The position numbers and the translations under genes are program-made. Of a stretch of 64,000 bases of DNA, positions 10,632-20,900 are shown piece after piece; position 1 is the stretch's first letter, and each line of letters opens with the position of its first letter. Below the pieces are notes generated by a model, which saw only the letters and a list, made by a program, of their open reading frames with translations, was not told the DNA's origin and ran no database searches. Origin of the DNA: Betaproteobacteria bacterium (GTDB lineage: Bacteria; Pseudomonadota; Gammaproteobacteria; Burkholderiales; SG8-39); NCBI GenBank assembly GCA_029883975.1, contig JAOUIL010000001.1, positions 1,255 through 65,254 on the forward strand, given 5' to 3'.

Positions 10632-11454
10632 GATCGATGCGCGCGCCGCGCGGCGCCGCTTCGACCGCGCGGCCGCCGGCTACCTGGGCGCGGCGCGCCT
10701 GGAGCTGGAGGTGGGCGAGCGCATGCTCGAGCGGCTCGACTACGTGCGCCTCGCGCCGGCGTGCATCCTGGACGCGGGCTGCGGCCCGGCGCCGCAGGCC
10801 GAGGCGCTCGCGCGGCGCTATCCGGGCGCGCGCCTCTTGGCGCTCGACTTCTCGCAGCCGATGCTCGCTCGCGCGCGCGGCGCGCGCGGCTGGCTCGCGC
10901 GCCTGCGCGGCCGCGGCCCGCTCGCGGTGTGCGCCGCGCTCGAGCGCCTGCCGCTCGCCGCGGGCAGCATCGAGTTCGCCTGGTCGAACATGGCGCTGCA
11001 CTGGGCGGCCGACCTGCAGGCGGCGCTCGCGGAGCTGGCGCGCGTGCTCGCGCCGGGCGGCCTGCTGATGTTCAGCACGCTGGGGCCGGACACGCTGAAG
11101 GAGCTGCGCGCCGCGGCGGGCGAGGCGCGCGTGCACAGCTTCGCCGACATGCACGACCTGGGCGACGCGCTGGTCGCGGCGGGCTTCGCCGCGCCCGTCA
11201 TGGACATGGAGATGCTCACGCTTGCCTACCGCGGGCCGCTCGGGCTGGTCACCGACCTGCGCGCAAGCGGGCAGACGCTCGCGCGGGGCGACCGCGCGCG
11301 CGGTTTCGCGCCGCGCGCGCTGCGCGCCGCGCTCGCTGCGGCGGGCGCTTCTGCGTCCATCGAAGTGATCTATGGCCACGCGTGGAAAGGCGTGCCGCGC
11401 AAGCTTGCCGATGGACGCAGCATCGTGCATTTCGAGAGACGGCCTCTGCCCTGA
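10624..11454 (+). CDS. bioC: Malonyl-ACP O-methyltransferase BioC-like (class I SAM MTase)
   Basis: F.RAA..Y...A.L......ML..L....ILDAGCGPA...ALDFS.PML..AR...LPLA..S...AWSN.AL.W is colinear with E. coli BioC as I recall it. The GTG start overlaps the amidase end by 8 nt. Confidence 0.7.
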   Translation: MTEIDARAARRRFDRAAAGYLGAARLELEVGERMLERLDYVRLAPACILDAGCGPAPQAEALARRYPGARLLALDFSQPMLARARGARGWLARLRGRGPLAVCAALERLPLAAGSIEFAWSNMALHWAADLQAALAELARVLAPGGLLMFSTLGPDTLKELRAAAGEARVHSFADMHDLGDALVAAGFAAPVMDMEMLTLAYRGPLGLVTDLRASGQTLARGDRARGFAPRALRAALAAAGASASIEVIYGHAWKGVPRKLADGRSIVHFERRPLP

Positions 11455-11512
11455 GCGTCCAAACTATGTTAATGTTTCGCCGCATTTTTTTGCGGAGGCG
11501 GCGGGGCAATCG

Positions 11513-11995
11513 GTGACGACGCTGAGCGAGGACGGCCCGGTGCGCGAGGCGCGATTCGCGGAGACGGAAGCGGGCTTTCTGGTGGTGCTCAAGCGCAACT
11601 GCTCGATCTCGCCGCTGGGCATGTTGCTCGTCTTCGCGTCGCTCGCAGCGGTGTCGTTGGGCATCGCCGCGGGATTCGCGGCGCTGGGCGCGTGGCTGAT
11701 CCTGCCGTTCGCGGGGCTCGAGGTGCTGCTGCTCGGCGCCGCGTTCTGGCTGACGGCGCGCCATGCCACGGACCAGGAGCGCATCGCGCGCTCGCGCGAG
11801 CGGCTGACGGTGGAAGTCAGCGACGCCGAGCGCGTGCGGCATTTCGCGATGGATGCGCGCCGCGCGCGCGTGCGCCTGCAGGACGGGCGCGTGCTGCTCG
11901 AGGCGCCGTCGGCGCGGCTGGAAGTCGGACGCCACCTGCCCGCGCAAGCGCGGGCCGGATTCGCGGCCGAGCTGGGGAAACGACTGCAAGTCTGA
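11513..11995 (+). CDS. DUF2244-type integral membrane protein associated with cytochrome oxidase clusters
   Basis: GTG 11513 gives 160 aa with two adjacent TM helices after NCSISPLG. Position upstream of ctaC is typical. The start is uncertain. Confidence 0.6.
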   Translation: MTTLSEDGPVREARFAETEAGFLVVLKRNCSISPLGMLLVFASLAAVSLGIAAGFAALGAWLILPFAGLEVLLLGAAFWLTARHATDQERIARSRERLTVEVSDAERVRHFAMDARRARVRLQDGRVLLEAPSARLEVGRHLPAQARAGFAAELGKRLQV

Positions 11996-12009
11996 TCGGG
12001 GAAGGGTCG

Positions 12010-13125
12010 ATGATGCTGAAGAAGCTAGGTCTGGGCGCGCTGCTGCTGACGCTGAGCGGACTCGCGCTCGCCGCGGAGTGGAACCTGCAGCCGGCGGCCT
12101 CGAAGATGGCCGCGGACATCCACTGGGTGCACGAGATGGTGATGGTCCTGGTGCTCGTGCTGTTCGTGGGCGTGTTCGGCTTCATGTTCTGGTCCTGCTA
12201 CGCGCACCGCAAGTCGGTCGGACACAAGGCGGCGCAGTTCCACGAGAACACCACCGTCGAGATCCTGTGGACGGTGATTCCGGCGATCATCCTGGTGATC
12301 ATCGCCGTGCCCGTGACCAAGGTGGTGGTGGCGCAGAAGGACACCAGCGCCGCCGACCTGACCATCAAGGTGACCGGCATCCAGTGGAAGTGGGCCTACG
12401 ACTACCTGAAGGGCGAGGGCGAGGGCATCAGCTTCGTCTCGATGCTCGCCACGTCGCGCGCGCAGATCGAGGGCAGCGCGCCCAAGGGCGAGAACTACCT
12501 GCTCGAGGTGGACAACGAGCTGGTGGTGCCGGTCGGCAAGAAGGTGCGCGTGCTGACCACGGCCGCCGACGTCGTGCACTCCTGGTGGGTGCCGGCCTTC
12601 GGCGCCAAGCAGGACGCGATCCCCGGCTTCATCCGCGACACCTGGTTCCGCGCCGACAGGACCGGCACCTACCGCAGCCAGTGCGTGGAGCTGTGCGGCA
12701 AGGACCACGGCTTCATGCCGATCGTGGTGCGCGTGGTGCCGCAGGAGGAATACACGAAGTGGGTGGGCGAGAAGAAGGTGGCGCTCGCCAAGGCCGCGGA
12801 CGACGAGACCAAGTCCTACACGCTGGAGCAGCTGAAGACGCGCGGCGAAAAGGTGTACGCCGCCAACTGCGTCGCCTGCCACCAGGCGAGCGGCAAGGGC
12901 ACCCCGCCCGCGTTCCCGCCGCTCGACGGCTCCAAGGTCGTGCTCGGGCCGAAGGACGGGCAGATCGACATCGTGCTGAACGGCAGGCCGAAGACCGCCA
13001 TGCAGGCCTTCGACCGGCTCAACAACGTCGAGCTGGCCGCGGTGATCACGTTTACCAGGAACAACTGGGGCAACAGGACCGGCGAGGCGATCCAGCCCGC
13101 CGAGATCAAGGCCCGGAGGAAATAG
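12010..13125 (+). CDS. ctaC: Cytochrome c oxidase subunit II with C-terminal cytochrome c domain
   Basis: SD GGGGAAGGG. CuA site HSWWVPAFG...[12 protein letters not shown], and a heme c motif CVACH. Confidence 0.95.
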   Translation: MMLKKLGLGALLLTLSGLALAAEWNLQPAASKMAADIHWVHEMVMVLVLVLFVGVFGFMFWSCYAHRKSVGHKAAQFHENTTVEILWTVIPAIILVIIAVPVTKVVVAQKDTSAADLTIKVTGIQWKWAYDYLKGEGEGISFVSMLATSRAQIEGSAPKGENYLLEVDNELVVPVGKKVRVLTTAADVVHSWWVPAFGAKQDAIPGFIRDTWFRADRTGTYRSQCVELCGKDHGFMPIVVRVVPQEEYTKWVGEKKVALAKAADDETKSYTLEQLKTRGEKVYAANCVACHQASGKGTPPAFPPLDGSKVVLGPKDGQIDIVLNGRPKTAMQAFDRLNNVELAAVITFTRNNWGNRTGEAIQPAEIKARRK

Positions 13126-13127
13126 CG

Positions 13128-14723
13128 ATGAGCGCAGTCGTAGACACCCACGGCCACGGCCACGAGCACGGCGACCACCACGGGGGCTACAGCGGCCTCA
13201 TGCGGTGGGTGACGACCACCAACCACAAGGACATCGGCACGATGTACCTGTGGTTCAGCTTCATCATGTTCATGGTGGGCGGCGTGATGGCGCTGGTCAT
13301 CCGCGCCGAGCTCTTTTCGCCCGGCCTGCAGATTGTCAATCCCGACTTCTTCAACCAGATGACCACCATGCACGGGCTGATCATGGTGTTCGGCGCGATC
13401 ATGCCCGCGTTCGTGGGCTTCGCGAACTGGCTGATCCCGATGCAGATCGGCGCGCCCGACATGGCGTTCGCGCGCATGAACAACTGGTCGTTCTGGATCC
13501 TGCCGTTCGCCGGCGCGCTGCTCATCATCTCCTTCTTCACCCCGGGCGGCGCTCCGGGCGTGGGCTGGACGCTGTATGCCCCGCTCACGGTGCAGATGGG
13601 CATCGGCATGGACCTGACGATCTTCGCCGTGCACCTGCTCGGCATGAGCTCGATCATGGGCTCGATCAACATCGTCACCACGATCCTCAACATGCGCGCC
13701 CCTGGCATGACGCTGATGCGCATGCCGCTGTTCTGCTGGACGTGGCTGATCACCGGCTACCTGCTGATCGCGGTGATGCCGGTGCTCGCGGGGGCGGTCA
13801 CCATGACGCTGACCGACCGGCACTTCGGCACGGCGTTCTTCAACGCCGCGGGCGGCGGCGACCCGGTGCTCTACCAGCACATCTTCTGGTTCTTCGGCCA
13901 CCCCGAGGTGTACATCATCGCGCTGCCCGCCTTCGGCGTGGTGTCGCAGATCATCCCGGCGTTCTCGAGAAAGCCGCTGTTCGGCTACGCCTCGATGGTG
14001 TACGCGACGGCCGGCATCGCGATCCTGTCCTTCATCGTCTGGGCGCACCACATGTACACCGTGGGCATGCCGGTCACCGGGCAGCTGTTCTTCATGTACG
14101 CCACGACCCTGATCGCCATCCCTACCGGGGTGAAGGTGTTCAACTGGGTGGCGACCATGTGGAAGGGCTCGCTGACCTTCGAGACGCCGATGCTGTTCGC
14201 CGCCGGCTTCCTGTTCCTGTTCACGCTCGGCGGCTTCACCGGCCTGGTGCTGTCGCTCGTGCCGATCGACATCCAGCTGCACGACACCTATTACGTGGTG
14301 GCGCACTTCCACTACGTGATGGTGGCCGGCGCGCTGTTCGCGGCCTTCGGCGGGGTGTACTTCTGGCTGCCGAAGTGGACCGGGCGCATGTACGACGAGA
14401 CGCTCGGCAAGTGGCACTTCTGGCTGACGATGATCTTCTTCAACGTCACCTTCTTCGTGCAGCACTTCTCGGGCCTGGCGGGCATGCCGCGGCGCATCCC
14501 GGACTACCCGCTCATGTTCGAGACCTGGAACAAGGTGAGCTCGATCGGCGCGTTCGGCTTCGGCATCTCGCAGCTGCTGTTCCTGTACGTCGTGCTGAAG
14601 TGCATCAGGAGCGGCGCGAAGGCGCCGGAGAAGCCCTGGGAAGGGGCGGACTCGCTGGAGTGGACGCACCTGCCCACCCCTGCGCCCTACCACACCTTCG
14701 AGACGCAGCCCGACCTGCGCTGA
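13128..14723 (+). CDS. ctaD: Cytochrome c oxidase subunit I
   Basis: [17 protein letters not shown]...[13 protein letters not shown]...HHMYTVG...VAHFHYV are canonical heme-copper oxidase motifs. Confidence 0.97.
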   Translation: MSAVVDTHGHGHEHGDHHGGYSGLMRWVTTTNHKDIGTMYLWFSFIMFMVGGVMALVIRAELFSPGLQIVNPDFFNQMTTMHGLIMVFGAIMPAFVGFANWLIPMQIGAPDMAFARMNNWSFWILPFAGALLIISFFTPGGAPGVGWTLYAPLTVQMGIGMDLTIFAVHLLGMSSIMGSINIVTTILNMRAPGMTLMRMPLFCWTWLITGYLLIAVMPVLAGAVTMTLTDRHFGTAFFNAAGGGDPVLYQHIFWFFGHPEVYIIALPAFGVVSQIIPAFSRKPLFGYASMVYATAGIAILSFIVWAHHMYTVGMPVTGQLFFMYATTLIAIPTGVKVFNWVATMWKGSLTFETPMLFAAGFLFLFTLGGFTGLVLSLVPIDIQLHDTYYVVAHFHYVMVAGALFAAFGGVYFWLPKWTGRMYDETLGKWHFWLTMIFFNVTFFVQHFSGLAGMPRRIPDYPLMFETWNKVSSIGAFGFGISQLLFLYVVLKCIRSGAKAPEKPWEGADSLEWTHLPTPAPYHTFETQPDLR

Positions 14724-14827
14724 TGGCGGCCTTGAGCAAGAACGCGAGAACCGGCCTGATCCTCGCCTCGATCGCCGCGGCGTGGTTCCTCGGCCTGATC
14801 CTCAAGTACTGGATCATGGGCGGATGA
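14723..14827 (+). CDS. Small single-TM cytochrome oxidase-associated protein (34 aa)
   Basis: The ATG overlaps the ctaD stop (TGATG). [34 protein letters not shown]. Conserved slot between ctaD and ctaG. Confidence 0.6.
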   Translation: MAALSKNARTGLILASIAAAWFLGLILKYWIMGG

Positions 14828-15357
14828 ACCGCGTCGCCAACCGGCGCACGCTCATGCGCCTCGCCGTGGTGGCGGCGGCCATGTTCGGCTTCGGCTATGC
14901 GCTGGTGCCGTTCTACGACGCCATCTGCCGCGCGCTGGGCGTGAACGAGTTCATCCAGGCGGACGCACGGCCGGCGGGCAACACGCAGGTGGACGCCTCG
15001 CGCACCATCACGGTCGAGCTCGACGCCAACGTGCACGACGTGCCCATGCACTTCAAGCCGCTGGTGCGCTACGTGAAGGTCCACCCCGGCGAGCTGGCCA
15101 CGGTCGAGTACGAGATCGCCAACGTGCGCGGCGCCCCGGTGACCGCGCAGGCGGTGCCGAGCTACGGGCCGGCACGCGCCGCCGAGCATTTCCGCAAGAT
15201 GGAATGCTTCTGCTTCACGCAGCAGACCCTCGCGGCGGGGGAGACGCGCCGCATGCCGCTGGTGTTCATGGTCGACCCGAAGCTGCCCAGGGACGTGAAC
15301 ACCATTACGCTGTCCTACACCTTCTTCGAAGTCGCGGGACGCGGGGGCCGCTCATGA
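14824..15357 (+). CDS. ctaG: Cytochrome c oxidase assembly protein CtaG/Cox11
   Basis: ATGA overlap with the upstream gene. LVPFYDAICRALG...FRKMECFCFTQQ is the Cox11 Cu-binding motif. Confidence 0.9.
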   Translation: MNRVANRRTLMRLAVVAAAMFGFGYALVPFYDAICRALGVNEFIQADARPAGNTQVDASRTITVELDANVHDVPMHFKPLVRYVKVHPGELATVEYEIANVRGAPVTAQAVPSYGPARAAEHFRKMECFCFTQQTLAAGETRRMPLVFMVDPKLPRDVNTITLSYTFFEVAGRGGRS

Positions 15358-15554
15358 TGGCGGACGCGCCGCCGCGCCGCGCCGGGCCGCTGGACGTCGC
15401 CAAGACCGTCCTGCACGGGCTGATCGGCGTGCGCCGCAAGGCCGACCACGAGAGCGTGCGCATCACGCCGCTGCAGGTGATCGTCGCGGCGGTGGCACTG
15501 GTGGCACTGTTCATCTTCACGCTGCTCACGATCGTGCGGATCGTGACCGGCTGA
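15354..15554 (+). CDS. DUF2970-type small membrane protein
   Basis: ATGA overlap with ctaG. 66 aa with a C-terminal TM helix. Conserved slot between ctaG and ctaE. Confidence 0.6.
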   Translation: MMADAPPRRAGPLDVAKTVLHGLIGVRRKADHESVRITPLQVIVAAVALVALFIFTLLTIVRIVTG

Positions 15555-15580
15555 CGCATTCGCTACAGGGAGACAAAGCA

Positions 15581-16444
15581 ATGGCGCAAGGCGCAACCAC
15601 CCCGCGGCAGCACTACTACGTGCCGCAGCCCATGTACTGGCCGGTGCTCGGCTCGGCGTCGCTGTTCCTCATGATGCTCGGCGGCGTGTTCGTGATGAAC
15701 GCGTCCGCGGGCGGCTGGGTGTCCATCGCCGCGGGCTTCATGCTGATCCTGTACATGATGTTCCGCTGGTTCGGCGACGTGATCGGCGAGTCCGAGGGCG
15801 GCAAGTACCACGGCTGGGAGGATGTCTCCTTCCGCTGGGGCATGAGCTGGTTCATCTTCTCCGAGGTGATGTTCTTCGCCGCGTTCTTCGGCGCGCTGTT
15901 CTATATCCGCGTGCTGTCGGTCCCGGATCTGTCGAGCCTCGAGCACAACGAGCTGCTTTGGCCGGGCTTCAAGGGCACCTGGCCCTCGGCCGGCCCGGGC
16001 TTCGAGGAGAAGTTCTCGCCCATGGGCGCCTGGGGCCTGCCGGCGATCAACACGGCGCTGCTGCTCACCTCGGGCGTCACGGTGACCATCGCCCACTGGG
16101 CCCTCAAGGAGGGCAAGCGGGGCATGTTGAACCTGTTCCTGTTCCTTACTATCGCGCTCGGCGTGCTGTTCCTCGGCGTGCAGGCCTACGAGTACGGCCA
16201 CGCCTACGCCGACCTCAACCTCAAGCTGACGACCGGCGCGTACGGCTCGACGTTCTTCATGCTCACGGGCTTCCACGGCTTCCACGTGACCGTGGGCGCG
16301 ATCATGCTGGCGGTCATCTTCGCGCGCTGCGTGAAGGGGCACTTCAAGCCCGACCACCACTTCGCCTTCGAGGGCGTGGCCTGGTACTGGCACTTCGTCG
16401 ACGTGGTGTGGCTGGGGCTGTTCATCTTCGTGTACTGGCTGTAA
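15581..16444 (+). CDS. ctaE: Cytochrome c oxidase subunit III
   Basis: 287 aa, 7 TM; ...FFMLTGFHGFHVTVG...AWYWHFVDVVWL. Confidence 0.95.
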   Translation: MAQGATTPRQHYYVPQPMYWPVLGSASLFLMMLGGVFVMNASAGGWVSIAAGFMLILYMMFRWFGDVIGESEGGKYHGWEDVSFRWGMSWFIFSEVMFFAAFFGALFYIRVLSVPDLSSLEHNELLWPGFKGTWPSAGPGFEEKFSPMGAWGLPAINTALLLTSGVTVTIAHWALKEGKRGMLNLFLFLTIALGVLFLGVQAYEYGHAYADLNLKLTTGAYGSTFFMLTGFHGFHVTVGAIMLAVIFARCVKGHFKPDHHFAFEGVAWYWHFVDVVWLGLFIFVYWL

Positions 16445-16497
16445 GGCAGGCAGGCGACGACGCAGGCCTCGTCGCGGGGCTTGCCTTTCGAATCGAT

Positions 16498-16542
16498 CTC
16501 GTGTTTTCGGGCCGGGTGAATCTTCCGGCCCGAAAACACGAG
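16498..16542. terminator. Perfect 18-bp inverted repeat (9-nt loop) in the ctaE/DUF2909 convergent spacer; likely bidirectional terminator or REP-like hairpin
   Basis: CTCGTGTTTTCGGGCCGG-gtgaatctt-CCGGCCCGAAAACACGAG. Flanked by two weaker hairpins (16454-16475 and 16561-16589). Confidence 0.55.
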
Positions 16543-16599
16543 ACCATAGGGGGGCTGATCGCAGGCTTCGACGCGTTTGCGTCGCCTGCGCCCGACTAT

Positions 16600-16794
16600 T
16601 TACAGCCGCCCCGGAATGAACCCGAAGTAGTACGCCAGCATCAAAAACAGGAAGAGCGCGAGCGACAGGCCGACGCGCAGCGCGAGCGCCTTGACCGCCC
16701 GCGTGGAGCCGCTGCGGTCGCGGAACACGAACACCAGCGCCGAGCCGAGGCTCACGACGATCAGGATCAGCACGCCGATGACCACGTAGCGCAT
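16600..16794 (-). CDS. Twin-TM small protein (DUF2909 family)
   Basis: ATG at 16794 gives MRYVVIGVLILIVVSLGSALVFVFRDR..., 64 aa with two TM helices. The longer track ORF (to 16878) lacks support. Confidence 0.7.
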   Translation of the reverse strand: MRYVVIGVLILIVVSLGSALVFVFRDRSGSTRAVKALALRVGLSLALFLFLMLAYYFGFIPGRL

Positions 16795-17437
16795 GAAATC
16801 AGGATACTCCTTCCGCCCGCGGCTCTGGGGCTTCGCGCTCGCCGTGGCGGGCTGCGCTGCCGGCATCGCGCTCGGCAACTGGCAGGCGGGGCGCGCCGCC
16901 GAGAAGCGCCTGGCGGCGGCATCGCAGAAGCAGCTGTCGCTGCGCGGGGAGTTTCTCGAGCGCTACACGGTGCTGCTCGACAACAAGGTGAACCGCGGCC
17001 GCCCGGGATACCACGTCGTGCAGCCGCTGCGCCTGGCCGACGGTCGCCACGTGCTGGTGAACCGCGGCTGGATCGCGGCGCCGGCGCACCGCGAGCAGCT
17101 GCCGCACATCCGCACGCCGTCGGGAGAGCACGCGATCGAAGGCCGCGTGCTGGAGCACTTCCCGCGCGCCTACCAACCCGCGGACGCGCGGCCCGAAGGG
17201 CGCGTATGGCAGAACGTCGAGGTCACCACGTTCGCCGCGTGGTCCGGGCTCGCGCTCGAGCCCTACGTGCTCGAGCAGCACTCGCCCTTTCCCGACGGGC
17301 TGGCGCGCAACTGGCCGGCGCCGGATTCGGGCGCGGCCACGAACGAGAGCTACGCCCTGCAGTGGTACACCCTCGCCGGCCTGTCCGTCGTGCTGTTCGT
17401 CGCGCTGAGCATCCGCCGTGCACCGCCCGCCGCCTGA
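16793..17437 (+). CDS. SURF1 family cytochrome oxidase biogenesis protein
   Basis: 214 aa with an N-terminal TM then LGNWQ..R...K, VLVNRGW, and a C-terminal TM (YALQWYTLAG). Confidence 0.85.
   Translation: MKSGYSFRPRLWGFALAVAGCAAGIALGNWQAGRAAEKRLAAASQKQLSLRGEFLERYTVLLDNKVNRGRPGYHVVQPLRLADGRHVLVNRGWIAAPAHREQLPHIRTPSGEHAIEGRVLEHFPRAYQPADARPEGRVWQNVEVTTFAAWSGLALEPYVLEQHSPFPDGLARNWPAPDSGAATNESYALQWYTLAGLSVVLFVALSIRRAPPAA
16801..16806 (-). promoter_or_regulatory. -10-like TATCCT (minus strand), 6 nt before the DUF2909 ATG, lying inside SURF1 codons 3-5
   Basis: The minus strand reads TATCCT-gatttc-ATG(16794). Confidence 0.3.
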
Positions 17438-17972
17438 CGCGATCCGCCGCGGCCGCCTCAAGCTCGCGCTGCTCGCGCTGTTCTTCGCCGCGCCGTTCGT
17501 GCTCGCCTGGCTCGCCTGGTGGCTCGACTGGGCACCGGGAACGACCTCGAACTACGGCGAGCTGATCACGCCGGCGCGCCCGCTCGAGGGCGCGCCGCTC
17601 GACCAGCTGCGCGGCAAGTGGGTGCTGGTCACGTTCGACCGCGCCGCATGCGACGCCTACTGCGAGAGGAAGCTCTACTTCATGCGCCAGGTGCGCCGCG
17701 CGCAGGGCAAGGACCAGGAGCGCATCGCGCGATTGTGGCTGGTGACGGACGGCGGGCAGCCGCACCCGGAGCTGCTCGCGTCGATTCGGGGCACCGTCGT
17801 CGGGCCCGGCAGCGCCGCGGATGCGCGCTTTCCGGCCAGCGGCGCGCGCTCCGATCACATCTACGTCGTCGACCCCCTCGGCAACCTGATGATGCGCTAT
17901 CCGCGCGACCCGGATCCTTCGCGCATGCTCAAGGACCTGCAGCGGCTCCTGAAGGTTGCGAGCTTCGGCTGA
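17418..17972 (+). CDS. Membrane-anchored thioredoxin-fold/SCO-like protein of the cox cluster
   Basis: GTG start and an N-terminal TM. WVLVTFDRAACDAYCERKLY resembles a degenerate SCO CxxxC site. Conserved slot after SURF1. Confidence 0.6.
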   Translation: MHRPPPDAIRRGRLKLALLALFFAAPFVLAWLAWWLDWAPGTTSNYGELITPARPLEGAPLDQLRGKWVLVTFDRAACDAYCERKLYFMRQVRRAQGKDQERIARLWLVTDGGQPHPELLASIRGTVVGPGSAADARFPASGARSDHIYVVDPLGNLMMRYPRDPDPSRMLKDLQRLLKVASFG

Positions 17973-20900
17973 CGGCGGGCGGCGTGCCGCGGCGGTGCGC
18001 CAGCAGGTAGATGGAGGGCACGACCAGCAGGCTCACGAGCATCGAGAACAGCAGCCCGAACACCATGCACACGGCGAGCGGGCGCAGCATCTCCGAGCCC
18101 TCGCCCAGGCCGAGCGCCAGCGGCGACATGCCGACCACCGTGGTGAGCGTCGTCATCAGGATCGGCCGCAGCCGCAGGCGCGCGGCCTCGACGATCGACT
18201 CGACGAGCGCGCCGCCGCGCTGGCGCAGCAGCTCGATGTACTCGACCAGCACGATGGCGTTGTTCACCACCACGCCGATCAGCATGATGATGCCCAGCCA
18301 CACCGGCATCGACAGCGGCAGGCCGGTCGCAAGCAGCCCGATGACTACGCCGATCAGCGCGAACGGCACGCCGATCATGATCACCGCGGGATTGCGCAGC
18401 GACTCGTACTGCACCGCCATCACCACGAAGACGAGGAACAGGGCGAGGCCCGCGAGCGTGCCGACCAGCACGTTGCCGCGCACGAGGCTGTCGAAGGCGC
18501 CGCTGAAGTACAGCGAATAGCCGGGCGGCAGCTCGAAGCCGCGCAGGTCCTCGCGCAGGTTGCGCAGCACCTCGCCGAGCGGCCGCTCACCCGTGAGCGC
18601 GGCGCTCACCTCGACCATGCGCCGCTGGCTCTCGCGCCGGATCTCGGTCGGCGCCACCACCAGCTCGACGCGCGCCACGTCGCCCAGATACACCGCGGGC
18701 CGGCCGCCCTGCGCGCCGAACAGCAGGATGGCCTCCATCGCCGCGGGGCTGTCGATCGCGCCGCGCGGCAGGCGCACGCGCACGTCGTAGGCGCGGTCGG
18801 CCTCGATGAAGTCGCTCACCACGATGCCGTCGAGCGCCACGCGCAGCGCGCGCCCGACCAGCGTCACGTCCACGCCCAGCTCGGCGGCGCGCGTGCGGTC
18901 GACGCGCACGGCAAACTCCTGGCGCTGCTCCTCGGCCGAGTGCTGAGCGTTCCTCAGGCCCGGCCGCCCGCGCAGCCGTTCGACCAGCCGGTCGCCGATT
19001 TGCGCGAGCAGCTGCAGGTCGGGACCCTGCACGCGCACGCTCACGTCCTCGTCGGCGCGCGACAGGCGCACGCCGCGCAGGCCGGCGGGACGCGCGAGCA
19101 CCTTGACGCCCGCGAGCTGCTGGGCGACCACGGCGCGCGCGTAGCCGCCCACCCACTGCTCCACGGACATCGCACGCTGCGACACCGGCACGAGCTGGAT
19201 GCTGATCGTGGCGCGATTGGGGCGCTCGCGCTGCGAGCGGCCGAAGATCGAGCCGCCCGACATGACCGAGACGCCCTCCACGCCGCCCTGCGCCTGCGCC
19301 AGGCGCTCGAGCAGCTGCACGGCGCGGTCCATCTCCTGCAGCGCATTGCCCGGATCGGTGATCACCTGCACCTGCACGCGCCCGTCGTCCATGATCGGCA
19401 GGAAGGCCTGCTTGCCGGTGAGCTGCGCGAACAGCAGGGCGAAGCCGGCCAGCAGCGCGACCGCGCCCGCCACCACGAGCCAGGGGGACTTGAGGATTAC
19501 GCCGACTATCGGCACGTACAGGCGCTGCGCGCCCGCCACGAGGGCCTGCACCGCGCGCGTCATGCGCGAGGGGGGCGGCGGCCGGCCGCGCGCGGCGAGC
19601 GCGGGCACCAGGGTCACCGCGACGATGAGCGACGCCACGATGGAGGCGCTGATGGTGAAGATGAGCTCGCGGAACAGCAGCCCCACCAGCCCGCTGATGA
19701 ACAGGAACGGCAGCACCGCGGCGAGGTTCGTGCTGGTGGCGGCGATGATCGGACTGGTGACCTCGGCGGCCGCGGCCTCGGCCGCCTCCAGCCCCGATTC
19801 GCCCTCGCGCTGGTGGCGCTCGATGTTCTCCAGCATGACGATGGTGTTGTCCACCAGCATGCCGATGCCGAGCGCCAGCCCGCCGAGCGTCATCAGGTTC
19901 AGCGACAGCCCACCGAGCGCCATGATGACGAAGGTGATCATGATCGAGATCGGGATCGCGGTGCCGATGATGAGCGTCCCGCGCACGCTGCCGAGGAAGC
20001 AGTACACCACCAGCATGGCGAGCGCCGCGCCGGCCAGCGCGGCGAGCGTGGCGTTGTCCAGCGACTGGCGCACGTACACCGCCTGGTTGGAGACCAGGTC
20101 CACCTGCACGTCCTGCGGCACGAGCCGGCGCGCGCGCAGCTCGGCCAGGCGCGCCTGCACGACGTCGGCGACGTCCACGGTGTTGGCGGTGGGCTGCTTC
20201 TGCATCGCCACGCGCACGCCGGGCACGCCGTTGTAGCGCACGCGGATGCGCTCGTCCTCGTGTGTGTCGATCACCTGCGCGATCTCGGAGAGCGGCACCG
20301 ACTCGCCGTTCGGCAACCGGATCGGCAGCGCGCCGAGCGCCGCGACGCTCGCTAGGCGCCCCGAGGTGCGGCTGGTGTATTCCTGCCCGGCCATGCGCAG
20401 CCGCCCGGCGGGCGAGTCGACGTTGCCGCGCTCGATCGCCTGCACGATTGCCTCCACCGAGAGCCCGAGGCCGGCGAGGCGCCGCTGGTCGGGCAGCACG
20501 TGCACTTCGCGCACCAGGCCGCCGCCCACCTCGACGGCGGCCACCCCCGGCAGGTTGAGGAAGTACTTGGCGAACACGTCGTCGGTCCAGTTGCGCAGCT
20601 CGGTCATGCCGCGCAGGTCGGAGCTGACCACGAACTCCATCACCGGGATCTGCGACGGATCGCGCTTGAAGATGATCGGCGGATCGATGGTGGCCGGCAG
20701 GAAGCGCTTCGCCCGGTCCAGGCGCGTGCTCGCGTCGCGCAGCGCCACGTCGATGTCCTTGCCGTAGTCGAAGTACAACTCCACCTCGGCCGTGCCCTCC
20801 AGCGTGGTCGAGGTGACGCCGACGGAGTCCTCGGTGATCGCCAGCTGCTCCTCGAGCTGGCGCGTCACCTGGTCCTCCATGATGTTGGCGGGCACCGCCG

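Noticed and set aside
11466-11516. 16-codon upstream ORF ([16 protein letters not shown]) whose TGA overlaps the DUF2244 GTG, ahead of the cox operon
   Set aside because: It uses TTA/TTT/ATT/AAT codons that are otherwise rare here and lies in the AT-rich promoter-like spacer. It is more likely non-coding promoter DNA. I have no conservation evidence.
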